Shown here piece after piece: positions 58,424-64,000 of a stretch of 64,000 bases of DNA. The notes under the pieces are model-generated. The model searched no databases, was not told the origin of the DNA, and worked only from the letters and a program-made list of their open reading frames with translations. This stretch comes from a virus (taxonomy: Duplodnaviria > Heunggongvirae > Uroviricota > Caudoviricetes), in the IMG/VR virus record IMGVR_UViG_3300031857_000009; one strand, written 5' to 3'. The number at the start of each line of letters is the position of its first letter. Position 1 is the first letter of the stretch. The position numbers and the translations under genes were made by a program.

Positions 58424-59014
58424 ATGAATAATGATTTTTGTGTCATAGTACAAGGACCTTCAGACTACGTTAAAGAATTAAAAAACGCTTGGACTGGTTA
58501 TGATTTGATTTGGTCAACATGGCAAGGTGAAGAATCAAAATACGATACTAATGATGTTGTCTTATTCAACAGTATTCCACACGATAGGGGTGTACAAAAT
58601 ATAGCACTACAAAAAATATCAACTTTGAATGGAATAATGAAAGCCAAAGAAATAGGTTACAACAGAGTCCTTAAATGGAGAAGTGATTTACTACCATCTA
58701 ATGCAAATAGATTAGTTTCCACATTTAAAAAAGAGTGTGTAAATTTTTTGACTTGGCATAATGAAGGAAAATATTTTGTTGATTATTTTGTGGAGGGTGA
58801 AATAGATACGGTGTTTGATATTTGGAATGTATCTACCATACACGATGAGTATTCGGAAAAAATAATCACGGAAAATATAATATCACTTAACTATAAAAAT
58901 ATAAACTTTATGGGTGGCGAATTAAGTAATGATAATGAAATTTTTTGGTTAAAACGAAATATTAATTTGTCCACATATAAAGACGCACCATGTTATAGTA
59001 TGGTGGTGATTTAA
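58424..59014 (+). CDS. hypothetical protein (glycan operon)
   Basis: 196 aa ORF. Confidence 0.4.
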   Translation: MNNDFCVIVQGPSDYVKELKNAWTGYDLIWSTWQGEESKYDTNDVVLFNSIPHDRGVQNIALQKISTLNGIMKAKEIGYNRVLKWRSDLLPSNANRLVSTFKKECVNFLTWHNEGKYFVDYFVEGEIDTVFDIWNVSTIHDEYSEKIITENIISLNYKNINFMGGELSNDNEIFWLKRNINLSTYKDAPCYSMVVI

Positions 59015-59025
59015 AAATTATAAAA

Positions 59026-59760
59026 ATGATAGATAATTCAAAATTTATTGACGACGCATTTACTCAAGATGAATTAAATAGGGGTGCCTTTACCGATTTG
59101 AATGGTAGATGTCCATTATGGACAACAAAAATGATTAATGTTATAAAAGATAAAATTGACTTTAATGATGTCAACACAATATTAGATATTGGGTCAAGAG
59201 ATGGTTGCCAAAGTTTAGAGTTAAATAGATGGTTTCCACATGCTAAAATATATGCGTTTGAACCAGTAAAAGAAAACTACGAATTTACAGTTAAGAACGT
59301 TGAGAAAATTAATAACATAAAAGTTTACCAATACGCAATAAACAATTACAACGGTAAAACTAAATTTTACGAAGTTTATAATGGAAATGTGGGTGCCAGT
59401 TCTTTATTACAGACAACAAACCACTGGCGTTCATCTCAGTGGGCCCAAAAGGAAACTGAGGTTGACTGTATTGTTCTTAGTGATTGGTTAAAAGAAAATG
59501 ATATTAAAAGTGTTGATTTGATTTGGATGGATGTTCAAGGTGCAGAAAATATCGTATTAGACTCTCTAAAAGAATATTTAAATGATGTAAAAATAATAAC
59601 CACCGAAGTAGGGTTACAGGAATTATATCGTGGTTCTACAAGTAAATCTGAACTAGATGAAAAACTAAATAGGTTTATACCAATAGACGAGTCGCCAGAA
59701 TCTTCAAACACAGAAATGGATGTGGTTTATATCAACAAAAATTTAACACCTTATGGATAA
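59026..59760 (+). CDS. FkbM-family SAM-dependent methyltransferase
   Basis: ILDIGSRDGCQSLE...IYAFEPVKENYEF matches the Methyltransf_21 pattern. Confidence 0.6.
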   Translation: MIDNSKFIDDAFTQDELNRGAFTDLNGRCPLWTTKMINVIKDKIDFNDVNTILDIGSRDGCQSLELNRWFPHAKIYAFEPVKENYEFTVKNVEKINNIKVYQYAINNYNGKTKFYEVYNGNVGASSLLQTTNHWRSSQWAQKETEVDCIVLSDWLKENDIKSVDLIWMDVQGAENIVLDSLKEYLNDVKIITTEVGLQELYRGSTSKSELDEKLNRFIPIDESPESSNTEMDVVYINKNLTPYG

Positions 59761-60454
59761 TAAAATTTGTTACGTTACTTATACAAATTCAAAATGTTCA
59801 GATATTTTGGATATGTTCTTGTTAGAACAAAAAAAGTACACAAACTTACCGATGTATTTTATTACAGATGTAATGATACCCGAGCAAATTTGTTTTTTAT
59901 ATGAAAATCAAGAACCTTATTATGAATCATGGTTAAAGTGTTTATCTTCAATACCATATGACTATTTTATATACTTACAAGAAGACTTTATTCTTTATAA
60001 CAATGTCAGTCATGATAAAATTTTTAATTACCTCGATTTTTTACATGATAACCAAGAATATTCGTTCATTAGATTGTTAAAATCGGGGTCTGTTAAAGAT
60101 AAAAAAATTTATGAGACCTTATATGAAATAGAATCCGACAATAAAGATATATTTTCTATGCAACCAACTATTTGGAAAAAAGATGATTACATTAAAATCA
60201 TGAAAGGTACCAAAAATAATATGTGGTTAGAGAATGAAACATATAGAAATTTTATGATAGAAAACAACATCAAAGGTTTATATCATTACGATGGTGAAAA
60301 CAAAAGGGGGTTGAATCATTTTGATAGTTCTGTTTATCCATATATAGCAACGGCTTTAGTTAGAGGTAAATGGAATTTATCTGAATACCCTAATGAACTC
60401 TCTCCATTAATAAATGAATATGAAATAAACGTAAATGTTCGGGGGATACATTAA
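59753..60454 (+). CDS. hypothetical protein (glycan operon)
   Basis: 233 aa ORF. Confidence 0.4.
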   Translation: MDNKICYVTYTNSKCSDILDMFLLEQKKYTNLPMYFITDVMIPEQICFLYENQEPYYESWLKCLSSIPYDYFIYLQEDFILYNNVSHDKIFNYLDFLHDNQEYSFIRLLKSGSVKDKKIYETLYEIESDNKDIFSMQPTIWKKDDYIKIMKGTKNNMWLENETYRNFMIENNIKGLYHYDGENKRGLNHFDSSVYPYIATALVRGKWNLSEYPNELSPLINEYEINVNVRGIH

Positions 60455-60456
60455 TA

Positions 60457-61131
60457 ATGAAAATTGTTCTATCTTTTTACACCAACAATAAATTTAGTAA
60501 CACCGTTCAAAAATTAATCGGATATTATAATTCACGTGGTTTCAATGATATCCGAGGATTTAAATCTGAAGATGTTAAGAAAGGTATTTTTTATGAAAAC
60601 CATAAAGAAATATTAGATTGTGAAACGGGTGATGGATTTTGGTTGTGGAAACCAAAAATTATTTTAGATATTTTGAATGAATTAGAAGATGGGGATGCAT
60701 TAATTTATACCGATGCCGGTGATTTAGTTGATGTTGATTATAATACGATTGCAAATTATTTGAAAGATAATGATTATTATTTTACAAATTGGAATGGAAA
60801 TCGTTGGCCTCAAAAAATATGTACAAAAAGAGACTGTTTTATCTTGATGGATTGTGATGAAGAAAAGTTTCATGAAACACCACAGATGGAAGCAGGATTT
60901 ATCATCATTAAAAAAACCAAACAAATGATGGAATTTGTTCACGATTATTTTAAGTATTGTAGTATTAAACAGATAGTTGACAATGAACCAAATCAAATTG
61001 GTGAGAATTTTCCAAATTGGCAATTCCATAGAAATGACCAAAGTATATTAACTAACTTGGTTGTGAAACATAATTTAAAATTTGATTATTGTCTCGATTA
61101 TAGAATAAAATACAACGTATATATACCATGA
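60457..61131 (+). CDS. putative nucleotide-diphospho-sugar transferase
   Basis: LWKPKIIL...IYTDAGD, a DxD-like motif. Confidence 0.3.
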   Translation: MKIVLSFYTNNKFSNTVQKLIGYYNSRGFNDIRGFKSEDVKKGIFYENHKEILDCETGDGFWLWKPKIILDILNELEDGDALIYTDAGDLVDVDYNTIANYLKDNDYYFTNWNGNRWPQKICTKRDCFILMDCDEEKFHETPQMEAGFIIIKKTKQMMEFVHDYFKYCSIKQIVDNEPNQIGENFPNWQFHRNDQSILTNLVVKHNLKFDYCLDYRIKYNVYIP

Positions 61132-61889
61132 AATTTATTGCATTAAATTATAATTATGACTTAAATAAAATGTCCCAAATCGGTCGGAAATGGGCGTTTG
61201 ATGTCTACAAAAATAAAGAGTTTATATCTGATTATTCATCAGCATCTTATGCTTCATTTATTGATAAGAATAGAAAAAGTATTTTACATCTTTATACTGA
61301 TGATGTTGAGGGTATGAAAGAAAAAATGAACAAGTATAACATTGACCAAGACAGAATTATTTATATTGATTACACGGAACAACTTACCAAATACAATGAA
61401 AGTCTTAATTATAGTTTTACAGTTTTAAATGATTTTATTAATTATGCAAAATCAGAAACTGAGTACACTGTAAAAATCGATAATGATTTATTTTTTCATT
61501 CGGAATTACCACAAATTGATGATAATTCTATTATGGTTTGGAAGTATGAAAGAATCGTTAGGAATGGTGACCCGAGATGGGGTGAAATAAAAATATGTAA
61601 ACAGGTTACAAATGATTTAGATTTTAAAATTTATAATTTAGGTATTTTTGGGTTGCCCGCGGATTACAATATTCACCAAGCAAAAAAAATTATGGAAGAT
61701 ATGATATCGGTAGACATTTCAGATGTGACTGATACAGACTCGAAGATTTATCATTGTTGTGAGCAAACGGCAAATAATTGGATTTTTCACAAAGAAAATT
61801 ATAACGTGATTGAAACGTATAATTATGTTGACCACCTGTTTGATAGAAAAGGTGATTGTATAGAATTATCAAAATATCTTTTAAAATGA
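61128..61889 (+). CDS. hypothetical protein (glycan operon)
   Basis: 253 aa ORF. Confidence 0.4.
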   Translation: MKFIALNYNYDLNKMSQIGRKWAFDVYKNKEFISDYSSASYASFIDKNRKSILHLYTDDVEGMKEKMNKYNIDQDRIIYIDYTEQLTKYNESLNYSFTVLNDFINYAKSETEYTVKIDNDLFFHSELPQIDDNSIMVWKYERIVRNGDPRWGEIKICKQVTNDLDFKIYNLGIFGLPADYNIHQAKKIMEDMISVDISDVTDTDSKIYHCCEQTANNWIFHKENYNVIETYNYVDHLFDRKGDCIELSKYLLK

Positions 61890-62653
61890 AAACATCAGTA
61901 GTATTGACAATTCACAACAAGGAATTCTTAATGAACCAAGTGGTGAGTAACTTGGTAAATAATTTATCAGAACTGAATGACCAGATTGTAATAGTTTTTG
62001 ATGGTTGTACAGATAATAGTGAAGGTATTGTTCGTGACAATTTAAAGAGAGTTAGTAATAAAAAAATTGATTACCTGTATGCCGACAATGTTTTTGAAAC
62101 CAAAGCAAATAATATTGGTCTAAAGTCTGTTATAAATGATTATGTGGTCTTAATCCAAGATGATATGGTTGTCACAGAAAAAGATTTTGATAAGAGGATG
62201 TTGGAACCGTTCATAAAATATAGTGATGTGTTCGCTGTAACATCTTTTGTTGCTCACAATAACATCTATAATGAACAAACAAAACAAATAAATTACATCG
62301 ATATTGCACATAAAGATAACTCATCAAGAGATATTTTTTATGCTAGAGAATATGGTAACAGAGGTCCACTAATGTACAACTATAATGACGTGGTCAAATT
62401 AAATTTTTTAGACGAATATTTTTCACCCCAAAATTATGATGATATGGATATGTCCATGAGAGCATTCAAAGAACTCGGAAAAGTGTCAGGTTTATATACG
62501 ATAGATTATATTTCCGAACCTGGATGGGGGACCACTAGACAAAAAAATCAATCATTACATAATAATTTAGTTTACGTAAACGCAGCAAAAATACTTGAAA
62601 AACACAGGGATTTATTGTATAATAAAGACAAATATAAAGAGGATAGAGAATGA
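61886..62653 (+). CDS. family 2 glycosyltransferase
   Basis: MKTSVVLTIHNKEF...VIVFDGCTDNS...IQDDMVV. An ATGA overlap at 61886-61889 gives a likelier start than the track's 61856. Confidence 0.55.
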   Translation: MKTSVVLTIHNKEFLMNQVVSNLVNNLSELNDQIVIVFDGCTDNSEGIVRDNLKRVSNKKIDYLYADNVFETKANNIGLKSVINDYVVLIQDDMVVTEKDFDKRMLEPFIKYSDVFAVTSFVAHNNIYNEQTKQINYIDIAHKDNSSRDIFYAREYGNRGPLMYNYNDVVKLNFLDEYFSPQNYDDMDMSMRAFKELGKVSGLYTIDYISEPGWGTTRQKNQSLHNNLVYVNAAKILEKHRDLLYNKDKYKEDRE

Positions 62654-63267
62654 ATAATATAGAGCTAAAGACATTTATGATTAATCATAATGTTAATATC
62701 CATGGTGTGATTCACGTTGGTGCACATTTTGGTCAAGAAGATGAAGTTTATAAGGAATTGGGTATTTCAAACAGAATATACTTTGAACCTCTATCGTCTA
62801 ATTTTGAGACCTTAAAAGAAAAAATAGATGATGACGCAATTTTAGTTAAACTGGCGTTAGGTAATGAAAAGAGAAAAGTTTCTATGTTTGTAGAATCCTT
62901 TAATAAAGGTATGTCATCCTCAATATTAGAACCGAAATTACATTCTGTTCAATTTCCTCATATCGTTTTTGATTCTGTAGAAGAAGTTGAAATGGATAGA
63001 TTGGATGATTTAAATTACGATTTTTCAAAATACAACATGATGAATATCGATGTTCAAGGTTTTGAATTAGAGGTTCTCAAAGGTTCCGTGAATACATTAA
63101 TCAACATTGACTACGTTATTGTAGAAATAAACAGAGCCGAATTATATAAAGGTTGTCCACACTTTGATGAAATAAACAATTGGATGACACATCATGGGTT
63201 TACCTGTGTTGAACAATTTTGGTGGGGTAATAATTTTGGTGAGGGATTTTTTAAAAAAATAAAATGA
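62650..63267 (+). CDS. FkbM-family SAM-dependent methyltransferase (second copy)
   Basis: GVIHVGAHFGQEDEVY...IYFEPLSSNFE. Confidence 0.55.
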   Translation: MNNIELKTFMINHNVNIHGVIHVGAHFGQEDEVYKELGISNRIYFEPLSSNFETLKEKIDDDAILVKLALGNEKRKVSMFVESFNKGMSSSILEPKLHSVQFPHIVFDSVEEVEMDRLDDLNYDFSKYNMMNIDVQGFELEVLKGSVNTLINIDYVIVEINRAELYKGCPHFDEINNWMTHHGFTCVEQFWWGNNFGEGFFKKIK

Positions 63268-64000
63268 AACGAGTATTAGTATTGGGTGGTGGCGGATTTA
63301 TTGGTGGTCACCTAGCAAAAAGATTAAAAAATGAAGGAAACTACGTAAGAGTAGTTGATATAAAAAGACACGAATATTTTGATGAGAAAGACTTTTGTGA
63401 CGAATTCTTAATATATGACCTTACGGACCCAAAAAACGTATCATCAGTAATGAGATTAGAAGAATTAAATGGTACGATATTACCGTTTAATTATTACAAA
63501 CAACCATATTCAACTGAGGTCCCATTTGATGAGGTTTATCAATTAGCTGCCGATATGGGTGGTGCTGGTTACATCTTCACTGGTGAAAATGACGCGAATG
63601 TTATGCACAATTCTGCAATGATAAATTTAAATGTTGTAAATGAATCAGTGAAGACAAAAGTTAAGAAGATTTTTTATTCATCATCGGCATGTATGTATCC
63701 TGAACACAATCAATTAGACCCTAACAACCCAAATTGTGAAGAATCATCAGCATATCCCGCGAATCCTGATTCAGAATATGGTTGGGAAAAACTTTTTTCG
63801 GAAAGGTTGTACTTGGCTTTTCACAGAAATCACGGTTTGGATGTTCGAATTGCTAGATTTCATAACATATTTGGTCCATATGGTACGTGGAAAGGTGGTA
63901 AAGAAAAAGCACCAGCAGCTATGTGTAGAAAAGTTGCCGAAATGTTAGACGGTGGAGAAATTGAAGTTTGGGGTGATGGTCAACAGACTCGTTCATTCTT
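63264..64000 (+). CDS. GDP-mannose 3,5-epimerase-like NAD-dependent epimerase (3' end outside window)
   Basis: Rossmann LVLGGGGFIGGHL. Further downstream, SSACMYPEHNQLDPNNP...YGWEKL...RIARFHNIFGPYGTWKGGKEKAPAAMCRKV is nearly collinear with plant/algal GME. The ATGA overlap is at 63264. Confidence 0.7.
   Translation, partial: MKRVLVLGGGGFIGGHLAKRLKNEGNYVRVVDIKRHEYFDEKDFCDEFLIYDLTDPKNVSSVMRLEELNGTILPFNYYKQPYSTEVPFDEVYQLAADMGGAGYIFTGENDANVMHNSAMINLNVVNESVKTKVKKIFYSSSACMYPEHNQLDPNNPNCEESSAYPANPDSEYGWEKLFSERLYLAFHRNHGLDVRIARFHNIFGPYGTWKGGKEKAPAAMCRKVAEMLDGGEIEVWGDGQQTRSF

Noticed and set aside
1-64000. Giant-virus (NCLDV) origin suggested by GSII, GME, the glycan cluster and an AAAATTG-containing promoter
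   Set aside because: Multiple lipobox lipoproteins, peptidoglycan hydrolases, Bacteroidota TTTG/TAnnTTTG promoters on both strands, rho-independent terminators and ATGA-coupled operons point to a bacterial virus or bacterial context.

Overview
This 64 kb window is AT-rich (about 30% GC) and gene-dense, and its content looks like part of a large virulent dsDNA phage of a Bacteroidota host. The host inference rests on TTTG-N20-TAnnTTTG promoters on both strands, many lipobox lipoproteins and two peptidoglycan hydrolases. No rRNA, tRNA, CRISPR, integrase or transposase was found, and no virion structural genes are visible in this slice. Three modules are apparent. (1) Positions 1-7.9 kb, plus strand: about 17 small early-type genes driven by a thrice-repeated ~75 bp promoter cassette. 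A conserved ATTTAGTTTGGC box occurs at least 11 times here, and its TAG often serves as the stop codon of the upstream gene. (2) Positions 8.4-51.6 kb, almost all minus strand. DNA and nucleotide genes include a UvrD-like helicase, a DEDDh exonuclease, a ThyA homologue with large insertions, HAD nucleotidases, NUDIX, a beta-class DNA methyltransferase and a ParB-like nuclease. Lysis genes are an M15 peptidase with a PG-binding domain and a glucosaminidase. Unusual auxiliary metabolic genes are a eukaryotic-type GSII glutamine synthetase, methylglyoxal synthase, a class I/II aminotransferase and a hotdog thioesterase; the block also carries tandem PcfJ-like paralogues. (3) Positions 51.7-64 kb, plus strand: a tightly overlapping operon of at least 15 genes for glycan biosynthesis. 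It includes GT-A and GT-B glycosyltransferases, UDP-GlcNAc 2-epimerase, two FkbM-family methyltransferases and a GDP-mannose 3,5-epimerase truncated at the window end. This operon is the strongest candidate for an undescribed phage-encoded system, probably making a methylated glycan for virion or host-surface modification. All functional calls are from motif recognition by eye; no searches were run.
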